DNA of 64,000 nucleotides from Sminthopsis crassicaudata (Eukaryota), in NCBI RefSeq assembly GCF_048593235.1, contig NC_133621.1, positions 78,111,148 through 78,175,147 of the forward strand. Direction: 5' to 3'. Below are positions 13,479 to 25,805 of the stretch, piece after piece (the stretch's first letter is position 1; every line of letters starts with the position of its first letter). Both the position numbers and the translations under genes were made by a program. The notes under the pieces were generated by a model, which did no database searches, had not been told where the DNA came from, and saw only the letters and a program-made list of their open reading frames with translations.

Positions 13479-16174
13479 ATACTTTTGTCCCAAGATTCTA
13501 TAGAAAAGATATTTAACTTTTTCATCATGGTCCTCATTGGCAGTCTCATAAAGACTATGGACTCCTCAGATTAATGTTTTTGAATGCATAAATGTAGGCT
13601 CATAAGGTTTACATTTGTTGAATAAGTGAATGAATATAATTCTATGGAAAGGCAGAAATAGTTGTGATTTTTTTTTTATTACTTTGATTATAAGGGGAGT
13701 CTAATGCCAAATTAAAGTGTGAAATTCAACAGTAATTCTTCAGGGTCTTTTTTAACTTTTTTTAGAATACCACTGTTCTCTGCCTCTTATCCATGTCATT
13801 CTGGTTCTCAGGTCTAAAATTCCTCCTTTTCTGTTCCCTGATGTTCCTAATATCATTTATTACTACTACCAATTATCACCAGTGTAAACTTTTTCAAGGC
13901 TCTCACTGTTCATCTGATCTGTGTTCTCAGGACCATTGTATAAATTACTATAGATTATAGTGAGATAAAGTGTTCTTTCTTTTTGAAGCTCTCCTTATCT
14001 TCTCCCAGAGAACTATCAATAGTTTGTCCTCCATAGTTCACTTATCCAGGAAAGCTTTCTGCTTCCCTCCCCATTCTATTTTCTATATGCAAAAGTGCAA
14101 GAGGAAATGCCTTCTTTACACTCCTGCAAGTGTGCCAACTTCCCTGAAGTTAACCTGCTTTGTCAATCCAAACCTTTGTATTAAATCCAAACATTAGCTG
14201 TGTCCACATGAAGTGATGATGGTATTTAAACCACTAGCAGCCTACTCACCTGTCAAAAAGTATAGTGCATGAAGACATACTTCCACTGGGAATATTTAGG
14301 ACAGTCCAATACATATTCTGAAATGTCTAATATCTCCTGTCCTCATAATTCTTAGTAATTTCCCTTGGGCAAAATGCAACAGAGCAGTGCCAGTAAAGGT
14401 AGTTTCACACAGTATGTGACAAAATTCTCTAACCTCTAGAAAAATTTTGTGAATTTCAAAATTGTCTCTCTGCTATATGGGGAAAGTATTTTGGAGATAT
14501 CCAAAGATAGACAATTTAATTTTTTCAGGGTCTGAGGTAGAGTCCTCTATCCTATAAACTATGACTGACTGATTTGAATAATTGATGGAAAAGTATAAGA
14601 GCATATTGGGAAGTGTATGGGAATGAGAGGTAGAAAACTGGAAATGTCCCAGATATTTACTATACCTACTTGAAAATTCATTCAATAAACATTTATTAAA
14701 TGGTTCTCTGCAAGGCAATGAGACAACTAGGCATTTGGGAAAAATATGAAAATTCATATTACCCTCCCTGTCTTCAAGAAATTAATACTTTAGGAAAAAA
14801 TATGACCAAACCTTTTAATTTCACAGCCTAGTTTCCTTATCTATAATATTAGAAGATTGTGGCTGATGAACAATGAAGTTCATTGCAGCCCTAACATTTT
14901 ATTATTCTGTATCAGGACTTTTAAAATATTTTCCACTTGAGAACTTTTCCACCCAAGAAATTTTTATGTGATCTGGGTGTCTATATCTAAATAGATAGAT
15001 ATAGATAAAATAGGTATACAAAATAATTTCACAACTCCCCCTTTATCACATGACCCTATATGGGGTTGCCACCTTTCAGTTTAAAAAGCTTTGTTCTATA
15101 GGACACCCACTTATTCATATCAGATTATTTGTTAGCACTATGCTAAGAACCACATATACATAAGTTCTATATATGTGCACAACACTAAAGCAAACATGTA
15201 ATTGCAAAAAGGTACTTTAAAATAAATAGCATGTTTTTATGATATTGTTGATCATGTAGGTACTTAAACTGAAACAGCATTTGCTAGTTTCCTTACTGTG
15301 TGTATTTCTCCCCTTTACAATGGGTTTCTCCTGGCAGCTTTAAGACCCATTATTCTCAATGATTACCACCTGCAGGTTGGCAAGAAATAGTCATACATTT
15401 CCCCTACCATGGAAATAATCAGCAATAATAATACAGTATCAAACTGCTACCTTTTTAATGAGCTAAGCAACCTAACCATTAATTTATGACCAGTCTTCAT
15501 GCAGCTGTGGGAATAGATCAGTTCTTTTTTTTTTCTTTTTGAAAAAGCGAAAACAAAAGCAGCAAAATTTCTCTCCTCATAAAAACCAATCACAGGCAAA
15601 CACACTCTACAAGGTGAAAAATTAATTAATGCTACTTATTAAGCTTTTACTACTATTGATGAATCATTTCTATCAATGATCTTAATTCATCCACAAAACC
15701 AATATGGTTTAATAACTTGTAAAAGGAAATTGAGCTTCTTGTTAGAATATTACTTTCTGGGAGTTGCTTGGTTCAGGGTGAGTCCTATGCTTCTCAATAT
15801 TTAAGCAAAAATAAGAAAAAATAACCCAGGTGTTTGAAGTTAAAGCCATCTACAGGAAGTCTAGAATGATGCTGTACAATGTTTCCTTGATGATTACTTT
15901 CCAAGTTGCTTCCCACTGATCTGCCTCTAACATTCATCCTCAAAGTTCACAATCCTTTGTTATGATGAGAAAAGATTTCAGACTTTTTGATGCACTTGAA
16001 TTAAAGGTGATACTATTCTTAGGAAAATTCAAAGAATAAAAACTATGGTTATGGTAAATGTATAATTAAAGGAAACAGGGAAATGGTGTTTTAATTTACT
16101 GAAATGAATAACACAGCCAGTAATCAAAGATCCTTTGTTAAATTTATAAACAAATTATTGACAAACTTGATGAG

Positions 16175-16310
16175 AATCATAGATTTAGAAATGGAAGGAG
16201 CCTTAAATGTCATCTGGTTTAGCTCTTTTTTACTGATAAGAAAATTGGGGCAGACAGATCAAGTGACTTACCCAAGATCACAAAGGTAAGTAGCAGGGCT
16301 GGTGTTTGAA
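16175..16310 (-). mobile_element. MIR/MIR3-type SINE
   Basis: atcatagatttagaaatggaaggagccttaaatgtcatct...aagtgacttacccaagatcaca. Confidence 0.6.
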
Positions 16311-17532
16311 GCCGCATGTGCTGTGTGTCCCCAGACGTCTTGCACAGCATCACATTGGTTTCCAATATGTACTGACCTCATTATCCTAGGGTATCATTTT
16401 CAAGGGCATCAATATTAAATTGCCCCTTAAAAATAGTGACTTCTACAGCAAATAGTAGCTCCTCTGCCCTGTTCTCTATTTCTTCACAAAGCAATAATAG
16501 ATTTATCCCACACTAAAGAAGATCTTAATATAAAAGAGGAATTTATAAAATAGAATCTTTAAGGTGTGATCATTTGCTTTATAAAATAATTTTGGAAAGG
16601 TTTTCATTAAAGATGAAGCTTAAAATCTCTTAACTATATTTAATAAAATTTGACTTAACAGCTAACTTTTCAAAAATATCTACCGAGGAAAACAGTTTAT
16701 CAGCAAATTTTTATTAATTACTTTTTGCTAAATGTTGGAGGTACAAAGAAAAAGCAAAAAATGGTTATGTATGTAATAGATACATCCAGGATATATTTGA
16801 GTAAATTGAATGCGACTTTGAAAAGAAAGCTATAAGCATGCAACATTTAGAAGAAGCTTTTTTTGAGTGAATGTCAATATATATCAGCTTTAGTTTCCCA
16901 GTATATATCACAAATAGCTATGATTATCCCACCAAAATGTAGAGCTGCAAAAGACAAAAGTTAACCAGGCAGTGATGCTATAATAGAAATTTTGGCATAG
17001 CTTATCAGATCATAGCTTTGAGGTCATCATAACTATAGTTAGAAAAGGAAAAATTTGAAGAGGCTGAGCAAAATTGACATGGTCTAATAAGATTAGTGAA
17101 TACTTAAATAATACTTGGATTACAAAGCACTTGCTTCACAATCACCAAGTATTGATATCATCATTTAAAGTTGGGAAAAACAATCTCAGTGAGATCAAGT
17201 AGACAGGTACACATAGCAAATAAGAGTCAGAACTGAGATTTCTTCCCATACCTTTCTGATTACAAGTCTAGTAGTCTTTCTCCAATAGTAAAATTGACAT
17301 TCCTTTAAGACAGGGACATTTTCGCCAACTTGACTGCTTTGGACCATAGTACTTCACCTATAAAATGAGACAATTATACTGAATGACTTCTAGGTTCATC
17401 TTCTAGCTTTGGATCATGGTTTTTTATCCCAGAGTAAAAGAACCCCAAGGTGTCAGGCAGACTGTGATCTTGACTGAAAAGAAGAAAATACATATTTATT
17501 TTCCCTAGCATTCTTCCGGCAATTATTTTCTT

Positions 17533-17780
17533 TTTGTTTTTGAGTCATTCAGGCATTTCCAATTCATTGTGACCCCATTTGCAGTTTTCTTGTCAAAGAT
17601 ATTTTCATAGTTTGCCATTTCTTTCTGCAGCTCATTTTACAAATAAGAAAATTGAGGTAAATAGGGTTCAGTGATTTTCCCAGGGTTGCAGAGTTATTGA
17701 ATGTCGGAGGCTATGTTTGAACTCGAGTCCTCCTGATTCTAGGGCTGGGACTCTTTCCATTGCACTACTTGGCTGCTCAG
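17533..17780 (-). mobile_element. MAR1-like marsupial SINE
   Basis: gtgaccccatttgcagttttcttgtcaaagat...tttgccatttctttctgcagctcattttacaaat...gaggt...tttgaactcgagtcctcctgattc. Confidence 0.85.
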
Positions 17781-17789
17781 TTCTTTCCT

Positions 17790-17880
17790 GCATATTTAAA
17801 AAGCACTCTGAAGAGTCCATAGGTTCACCAGACTGCCAGAGAGGTATTTGACATAAAACCAATTGAGAACTTTTGGTCTA
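17790..17880. mobile_element. hAT-Charlie-like MITE end fragment
   Basis: gagtccataggttcaccagactgccagagaggt...ttgagaacttttggtcta resembles a Charlie/MER terminus followed by a tcta target. Confidence 0.5.
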
Positions 17881-18503
17881 AATTTATAATCCTTAGATGT
17901 GATTTTGCTATTTTTCAATTTCTTACCATTCCATTTGTACTTATAGATGCCATATAATCAGAAGACTGAACTCTCCTAAATCCCATCCAGCTCTAAATCC
18001 TATCGTTGGGTGAAGATCTGTTCCTTTACTTCCAGGAGTAATAATGAGGGGGAAATTTTGTCTTCTGCTGTATTATGTTTCCTGCTGAATGTGTTTGGTC
18101 CTCTTGTCAGAGATGTAGAACAGTCCAGAAGGATGACTAAAGGCCTGCAGGTGTACCTAGTTTGCTAAACAGACACACTAGGTTATCATGAGATTCTTAG
18201 CATAAAGACTTATCAGGTATCCCTAATACAGTTGAAAAAAGCATGGCGTCATGGATCCTGAATTTGAATCCCAATTCTGTTGTTCCCTGGTATGATCTTG
18301 GCATATTATATAATTTCTCTAGGTCTCAGTTTCAGCACCTAAAAATAGGGAATTGGCCTAGGTAAATTCTAAACTCCTAAATCTATATTTATCTTAAGTA
18401 TGATAGTCATATATGCTATGTTCTTATTTCAGTGACCATTTGGAGTTCCTGGCTCAGAATGTACATAAAATGAAAAATAATTAAAAATAAAATTACTATT
18501 TGA

Positions 18504-18688
18504 NNNNNNNNNNNNNNNNNNNNNNNNNNNNNNNNNNNNNNNNNNNNNNNNNNNNNNNNNNNNNNNNNNNNNNNNNNNNNNNNNNNNNNNNNNNNNNNNN
18601 NNNNNNNNNNNNNNNNNNNNNNNNNNNNNNNNNNNNNNNNNNNNNNNNNNNNNNNNNNNNNNNNNNNNNNNNNNNNNNNNNNNNNNNN
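18504..18688. other. N-run, 185 nt
   Basis: Ns in sequence. Confidence 0.99.
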
Positions 18689-19074
18689 ACTTAATAAGTA
18701 TTAGAGATTCCCATTAAGGAAATTCCCTCTATCAATGCAAATTGACAACAATCTTAAAGAGCTGCCTAAGGCAATGAAAGGTTAAATGAATCACCCAGTG
18801 GATCAATAACCAAGAAATCTAGACTCTGGTCCTAGATCCCCTACTAACTAATTGACTAATATTACACAAATTGTTTAATCTCTTTGAGACACAACTTTCT
18901 CAATTGTGGAATGGGCACAACTTAACTAGATTATTTTACAGGGCTTTCTTAAGAATAAAATGAACTAATGAAAAACATAAAGTAAACAAACAATATAAGA
19001 TGAAAACAATATAAGTGAAAGATAATGTATCTAAATAATATCTAATCTCTCTATTTCCCTTCTCTATTAACCTT

Positions 19075-19158
19075 GTTGAAAAATTTGTCTGACTCATGGT
19101 GAAAAATGTTCTCAATCTGCAGAGAAAGAACTGATATTGTCTAAAAACAGACTGAAGT
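19075..19158 (+). mobile_element. L1 ORF2-end/3'UTR fragment running into a gap
   Basis: gtgaaaaatgttctcaatctgcagagaaagaactgat...cagactgaag. Confidence 0.5.
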
Positions 19159-19519
19159 NNNNNNNNNNNNNNNNNNNNNNNNNNNNNNNNNNNNNNNNNN
19201 NNNNNNNNNNNNNNNNNNNNNNNNNNNNNNNNNNNNNNNNNNNNNNNNNNNNNNNNNNNNNNNNNNNNNNNNNNNNNNNNNNNNNNNNNNNNNNNNNNNN
19301 NNNNNNNNNNNNNNCCCTCCCTCTTTCCCTCCCNNNNNNNNNNNNNNNNNNNNNNNNNNNNNNNNNNNNNNNNNNNNNNNNNNNNNNNNNNNNNNNNNNN
19401 NNNNNNNNNNNNNNNNNNNNNNNNNNNNNNNNNNNNNNNNNNNNNNNNNNNNNNNNNNNNNNNNNNNNNNNNNNNNNNNNNNNNNNNNNNNNNNNNNNNN
19501 NNNNNNNNNNNNNNNNNNN
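19159..19519. other. Two N-runs (19159-19314 and 19334-19519) within a CT-rich tract
   Basis: Ns separated by ccctccctctttccctccc and followed by (TTTCCC)-like repeats to about 19585. Confidence 0.98.
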
Positions 19520-19740
19520 TTTTTTCCCCTTTTTCTTCCCTTTTCCCCTTTTTCCCTTTCCCTTTCCCTTTCCCTTTCCTTCTCTTTAAGCACTGATTCA
19601 AGCTATCCAAAGGATCTGAAAGCCTTAGATATTCACTGCATATTTCATTAGGGTGTGCCTCCAGGGAATTTAATTTTTTAAGACAAACAGTTATTGAATA
19701 ATAAATCATAATGACATTTTTACTTGTCAAACTAAAAAAA

Positions 19741-19875
19741 AATACTAAGCTTTTAAATGAATACCTAAAGATTACTTAAAAATACAATCATTAAAATAAC
19801 ATAAAAATACTAACCTTTTAAATGAATACCTAAAGTTTACTTTAAAATACAATCATTAAAATAACATAAAATACT
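19741..19875. repeat. Tandem duplication, two copies of a ~65-bp unit
   Basis: aatactaa(g/c)cttttaaatgaatacctaaag(a/t)ttactt(a/t)aaaatacaatcattaaaataacataa starting at 19741 and 19806. Confidence 0.95.
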
Positions 19876-20180
19876 TTTTTGACATGGGATGCTTGGGCAC
19901 ATCCAAAACATTCTATATAAATACTTAAAGTCTGAAAGTCAGAAGAAAAAACAAACACATCCAACACAGATTCATCATGGTGTTTGCATATTTACCATGA
20001 TTCTATGTTCAAAGCATATAAAGCTAATACCCCCAGAGCATCATTGCGTGGATTCAGATACAATACAAATGAGTTTGTCTTAATCTTGGATATAAGTACA
20101 TCATATATGTTTGTATATCTATGTGGATAAACACGTGTGTATATATATATATATATATAGTATACATGTTAATGTATGTA

Positions 20181-20430
20181 TTTGTTGTTCAATCATTTCA
20201 GTCATGTCTGACTCTTCTGACTCTTCTTCTGACCCTATTTAGGATTTTCTTAGCAAATCCCTAGAGTGGTTTGCCATTTCTTTCTCCAGCTCACTTTATA
20301 GATGAGAAAATGGAGGCAGTTAAATGCCTTGTTCAGGGTCACACAGCTAGTAAGTGATGAGGCCAGATTCAAATTCAGGGTTGATTTTTCCTGACTCCAA
20401 GGCCAGTATTCCATCCATCATACCAGTTAT
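20181..20430 (-). mobile_element. MAR1-like marsupial SINE
   Basis: ttgttgttcaatcatttcagtcatgtctgactct...gagtggtttgccatttctttctccagctcactttatagatgag...cagggtcacacagctagtaag. Confidence 0.9.
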
Positions 20431-22486
20431 TCTACTCTATTGTCTGTGTGTGTATGTGTATGTACATATGTGTGTTTGTATCAGGGCTATACCACAAAAC
20501 TATTGTGTATGAATGTTGATGAAGAATAATTTGGAAAGCATTCTGTGCTAAGTTCTTTGAAGGTAGGGACTATTTTATGCCTCCTCTTATATCCCTAGTT
20601 CTTGCCACAATGACTGGTACAATGTAGGAGCTTAATAAATGTTTATTCATTGAGTTACTATCAAGATGTAAAAGACAGTCCCTTGGAATCTAGCAGTTCT
20701 GAAGCAATGCTACTTTTTGAAACCATTTTATTTAAGATGGTGAAATGTAGGTAAAAATCAACATTCAGGGATCAATGCTTGGGACTTTTCCTTTAATACA
20801 TTCTTAGACTTAGTATTTGTAAACTCTTCATATTACGGAGTAACATTCAAAGAAGTTGCACTCAACCAACAAAGTTAAATCAAAGAAAGTAGGAACTCTG
20901 TGTTTGCCTTCTAGCACTCACTGCTTCCAAGGCATCTGCCCCTCTATCAACAACAATGTCTCAAGCAGTGAAATCTTTCTTAAGAATGAGTTCAACCCTG
21001 AAACTCAAACTCTGCCCTGGATATTTTTAAAACAGGCTTATTGTGCTGAGTGTCACAGAGAGCAGAATGTTGCTATCAAAGCATTCTTTATGGATGCATC
21101 ACAGAACAAAACCAATTCTATTAAACTCAAGATCAGCCTCTTAATTCCTCTTGGTCCCAATAATTCACTTATTGTGATAGGGAAAATCTGCATAAAAATT
21201 TTGGACCTCCCTTTATCCAGGAAGAATTCTGAATTACTATGGTACTAAAAAGATAAAATATGTTGTTGTTATATAATGATAAACATATATATGTATGTAT
21301 ATATATGCATATACACATTATATGTATTTACATATATAAATATATGTGTATATATGAAAAAGAGAAATTTTGTTCATTTTGAGTTTCTGATTTTTTTCTG
21401 TATCATCTACTGGCATTGTGTGTCATTTGTGACTTTCAACCCTCCAAAAATGTTCTATTTATTTTTTTATATTAGCCTGAGATATAGTGAAACCATGATG
21501 GGGAGAGCTGTGATGTTTAAGGAATAACTGTATAAACTCATCATGACTCCTTGAATCAACTGACATTCTTCATTCTTGTAGAGGTTGGACCTCAGGCTAG
21601 TAGAATAGTTCTGGATGACCAGTTATCCTGAAAAAGCAGTCTTTGAATCAATCAAAGAAGATATGGTTTGTTGAATTTTTTGTGGGGATTATAGACTAGT
21701 AAGGAAGTATTTCTTTATTGAATGATTTGTTTCAATGAACAAGGAACTAGATTATTACTGTTTTCTGTAGGATCAAGGAATCTCTTGTTTCTGAAGCTAT
21801 AGTTCTTTTAAAATTATTTTTATTTTTTCCAATTAACAAGTTTCTATTTTCTCTTCTTTCTCACCTTTCCTTGAACAATTAAAAACAAACAAACAGCAAC
21901 AAAAACTCTCATAAAAATATGCATAGTTAAGCAAATCAAAATCTCATATTGGTCTTGTCCAAAAATGTATGGCTCATTCTACATTTTAAGTCTGTTCCCT
22001 CTCTGGTGGGAAGTGGGCAACCCTGCCTCATCTTGTCTCCTGGAATAATACTTTGCTATTGTACTGGCCAGAGTTCTAAAATCTTTCAAAACTGTTTTTT
22101 TTTTTTCATATTTTAAGGTTTTATTATTTTTTTTAATTTAGAATTTTTTTCCACAGTACATATGCATGAGTAATTTTTTTATAATATTATCCCTTCTATT
22201 CATTTTTCCAAATTATCCCCCCCCTCCATTCCCTCCCCCCGATGACAGGCAATCCCATACATTTTACATGTGTTACAGTAAAACCTAGATACAATATATG
22301 TGTGTAAATACCACTTTCTTGTTGCACAATAAACATTATATTCCGAAGGTATAAGTAACCTGGGTAGATAGATAGTAGTGCTAACAATTTACATTCACTT
22401 CCATCTCTGGGTATAGTTATTTCTGTCCATCATTGATCAACTGGAAATGAGTTGGATCTTCTTTATGTTGAAAATATCCACTTCCA

Positions 22487-23092
22487 TCAGAATACATCTT
22501 CATACAACATTGAAGTGTATAGTGATCTTCTGGTTCTGCTCATTTCACTCAGCATCAGTTGATGTAAGTCTCTCCAGGCCTTTCTGTATTCCTCCTGCTG
22601 GTCATTTCTTACAGAGCAATAATATTCCATAACCTTCATATACCATAATTTACCCAACCATTCTCCAGTTGACGGACATCCATTCATCTTCCAGTTTCTA
22701 GCTACAACAAAAAGGGCTGCCACAAACATTTTGGCACATACAGGTCCCTTTCCACTCTTTAGTATTTCTTTGGGATATAATCCCAGTAGTAGCGCTGCTG
22801 GGTCAAAGGGTATGCACAGTTTGATAACTTTTTGGGCATAATTCCAAATTGCTCTCCAGCATGGCTGGATTCTTTCACAACTCCACCAACAATGTATCAG
22901 TGTCCCAGTTTTCCCACATCCCCTCCAACATTCATCATTATTTGTTCCTGTCATCTTAGCCAATCTGACAGGTGTGTAGTGGTATCTCAGAGTTGTCTTA
23001 ATTTGCATTTCTCTGATCAGTAGTGATTTGGAACACTCTTTCATATGAGTGGATATAGTTTCAATTTCATCATCTGAGAATTGTCTGTTCAT
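22487..23092 (-). pseudogene. L1 ORF2p C-terminal fragment including the Cys-rich motif (201 aa)
   Basis: CWRGCGKTGTLIHCWWSC (CX3CX7HX4C), IKTTLRYHYTPVRLAK, CPSTGEWLGKLWY; same frame as 23150-23473. Confidence 0.95.
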
Positions 23093-23149
23093 ATCCTTTG
23101 ACCATTTATCAATTGGAGAATGGTTTGATTTCTTATAAATTAGGATCAG

Positions 23150-23473
23150 TTATCTATATATTTTGGAAATGAGACCTTTGTCAGAACCTTTAACTTTAAA
23201 AATATTTTCCCAATTTGTTACTTCCCTTCTAATCTTGTTTGCATTAGTATTATTTGTGCAGAAACTTTTTAGTTTGATGTAATCAAAATCTTCTATTTTG
23301 TGATGAATAATGATCTCTAGTTCTCCTCTGGTCACAAATTCCTTCCTCCTCCACAGGTTTGAGAGATAGACTATTCTCTGTTCCTCTAATCTATTTATGA
23401 TCTCGTTCTTTATGCCTAAATCATGGACCCATTTTGATCTTATCTTGGTATATGGTGTTAAGTGTGGATCCAT
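23150..23473 (-). pseudogene. L1 ORF2p fragment (107 aa), upstream part of the same frame
   Basis: DPHLTPYTKIRSKWVHDL...DYIKLKSFCT...WENIF...SDKGLISKIY; ends at an in-frame stop. Confidence 0.95.
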
Positions 23474-23557
23474 ATCTAATTTCTGCCATACTAATTTCCA
23501 GCAAAACTGTTTTTTTTTTTTTTTTTTTACATTGTCATTGTGAAAATGGTTCTTCTA

Positions 23558-23771
23558 GGGGGCAGCTAGGTGGCGCAGTGGATAGAGCACCAGACCTGAA
23601 TTCAGGAGGACCCGGGTTCAAATCTGGTCTCAGACACTTAACACTTCCTAGCTGTGTGACCCTGGGCAAGTCACTTAACCTCAGCCTGGGGGGGGGGGGG
23701 GGGAAGATGGCTGTAGGTACTACACTAGTGATCTTCCTAATGACCCTATTAAAGAACTATCAATGTGTAAC

Positions 23772-23806
<35 letters not shown>
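23558..23806 (+). mobile_element. WSINE1-like SINE with G16, 72-nt unique extension and A31 tail
   Basis: A box tggcgcagtgg, B box gggttcaaatc, CORE gctgtgtgaccctgggcaagtcacttaacc; perfect 16-bp TSD gaaaatggttcttcta at 23542-23557 and 23807-23822. Confidence 0.95.
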
Positions 23807-23808
<2 letters not shown>

Positions 23809-24867
23809 AAATGGTTCTTCTATCCATTGTAATTGTTCACTTCTCTCATCAATTCATAGTGGTCTGAAACTAACCAACTCATGATTGTTTATGGTGCAAT
23901 ATTAATTCCATTAGTAATGCCTCAATAAATGAGCATTTCTTTAGTTTACAATTTTTGTCTCCTAAGAAAAGAACTGCTAAAATTTTATACATATCAATCC
24001 TTTTCCTCTTTGATTTTGTTGGGAGTGTGACCTAAGATCATAATCCCAGGGTCCATTCCAGGGACTTAGTTTGAGGATTTCTCAGAAGTGTCTGATCCCA
24101 GAAGTACCTCCACTTGTCATTTGTCCTTTTCCCTAGCTTCAGAACTTTGGTCTGAGACATATAGACTGAATAGATGACATTTCACATAATAGATGTACTA
24201 CAATATCCACCCTTGGTTTCTTTAATTTTCAAGAAATTAAGAAATCAAGAAATTCAAAAAATCAAGAAATCAAAGTGATTTCTTGGTGGTTGTTTTTATT
24301 TTTACAACCCAATTATATTTTGCAATGTTTTTGCTTTCTAGGTTTATGAAGAGGGAACACCAGGGAAAACAAATCTCACTAAATGAAATTAGATCATAGT
24401 ATTTTAGGCAAGTACTATGTATGTAAATATTTTTCTAAGATAGGAAGCAAAACATGTCATTCCTGCTTTTTTCAAAATAAAAATAGCAGAAAACTCATGT
24501 TTTTGAGATATTTTATTTAAATATAGATCTTTCTGGTTATCACATTATATACAGGTGAAATAAGCATGGGAGCCTGACCATGTGCTGCCTTTTCAGTGAA
24601 TATTAATCATGTAAACTTTATTAGTAGTGATTGAGCAAAGGAATGACAATTTCCCATCTGTAAACCTCTCCAAACTATGATAAGTGTATGGTCAAATTAA
24701 ACTTCAACCTTAGAGAAGACTCAGTTTTGCACTACATAAAAGGACACATTCCTCTTTAAATTTGGTCTCATCTAAACTGATTGACCTTTTTCATAAGGTG
24801 ATTTAAAAATCTCTTAATTTTCCTAATTAAGGTGTAAAAATCAAGGTTAATAAAAATGATAGATTGA

Positions 24868-25013
24868 GGGGCAGCTAGGTGGCGCAGTGGATTGAGCACC
24901 AGCCTTGAAGTCAGGAGGACCCGAGTTCAAATCTGGTCTCAAACATTTAAGACTTCCTTAGCTGTGTGACCCTGGGCAAGTCACTTAACCCCAGCCTCAG
25001 GGGGGAAAAAAAG
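24868..25013 (+). mobile_element. WSINE1-like SINE, full length
   Basis: gggcagctaggtggcgcagtgg...gagttcaaatc...aagtcacttaaccccagcctcag; TSD tgatagattgag at 24857-24868 and 25014-25025. Confidence 0.95.
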
Positions 25014-25129
25014 TGATAGATTGAGAAAACCCACAAATGTTTCTTCTGTAGCCAAATGTGGACCAAAAATCTTATTTATGTAGATCTAGGATGTTATTTT
25101 TGTGAAAAAGATGACTAGGTTACTTATGG

Positions 25130-25375
25130 AAAACTAGGTTTCATAGTAGATAAAATTCTGGGCTTGGAATTGGAAAGGCCAGAGTTCAAATATAGCCTCA
25201 GATTCCCATTAGCTTTGTGAATCTTGCTCAAGTTACTTCATCTCTATTTGCCTCAGTTTCCTCATCTCTAAAATAGAGATAGAAACAGTACCTACTTTCA
25301 AGAGTTGTAATTATCAAATGAAAGTATGAATGTAAAGCTCTTAGCACAGTGTACTTAGTAGCCATTAAAGTATTC
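25130..25375 (+). mobile_element. MIR SINE
   Basis: gagttcaaatatagcctcag...tgcctcagtttcctcatctctaaaatagag...aaagctcttagcacagtg. Confidence 0.7.
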
Positions 25376-25805
25376 TTGTTCTCTCCTTTCCCTCCATTTT
25401 AGGTTGACTTGCTAGTGTCTGAGGAAAGACTTGAACTCAGGTCCTTAAAATCCAAGATCAATAAATTTAAAAATACTACTGGTTAAAAAAAAAAAAAATC
25501 TTAATCCTGAGAAATATGTCCTTCAGGAATTCCCTTTTTTTCTTCCCTCTTCATCCAGTTCCCTTTATTTAGATCTCACTAGACTTGCCCTTCTAGATAC
25601 TCAAAGCTCCTTCTTCAGAAATTCCTTGTTCATAACTTTTCCTTCTCTACCCCTCTGCCAACAAAATTTTCCTATCTTTTGGCCACAAAATGGGTCATTA
25701 TAATAACACATTTATAAAAATCAATTTTCATTGAAATACTAATGATTTATCAATCTCTGATGGGTCATCTCTATAAAACACCTTTTAAAATAGACATACA
25801 ACAAT

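Larger units (their letters stand above)
22107..23501 (-). mobile_element. Young 5'-truncated L1 with TSD
   Basis: TSD caaaactg+Tn at 22087-22106 and 23502-23528; AT-rich tail; near-intact ORF2 C-terminal region; TTTT/A endonuclease-type site at 23528/23529. Confidence 0.97.
21795..24060 (-). mobile_element. Old L1 3' region hosting a younger L1 and a SINE (pieces about 21795-22106, 23502-23557, 23807-24060)
   Basis: ttttttccaattaacaag..., ctcatattggtcttgtccaaaaatgt, ctttcaaaactgttttt...acattgtcattgtgaaaatggttctt...ttcacttctctcatcaattcata reads continuously once the inserts are removed. Confidence 0.7.

Noticed and set aside
14244-14320. Strong minus-strand donor CAG|GTGAGT
   Set aside because: No convincing acceptor or protein-like frame; such donors are expected by chance.
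23558-23630. tRNA-like A/B boxes (also at 24868, 25806, 30952 and 6597)
   Set aside because: SINE heads followed by CORE sequence; no cloverleaf, so not tRNA genes.
23434-23832. 132-aa plus-strand ORF
   Set aside because: Reads through the L1 end, T-run, SINE, G-run and A-tail; compositional artefact.
24325-24400. Plus-strand acceptor-like tttttgctttctag followed by gtttatgaagaggg
   Set aside because: No good donor and early stops in the frames examined.
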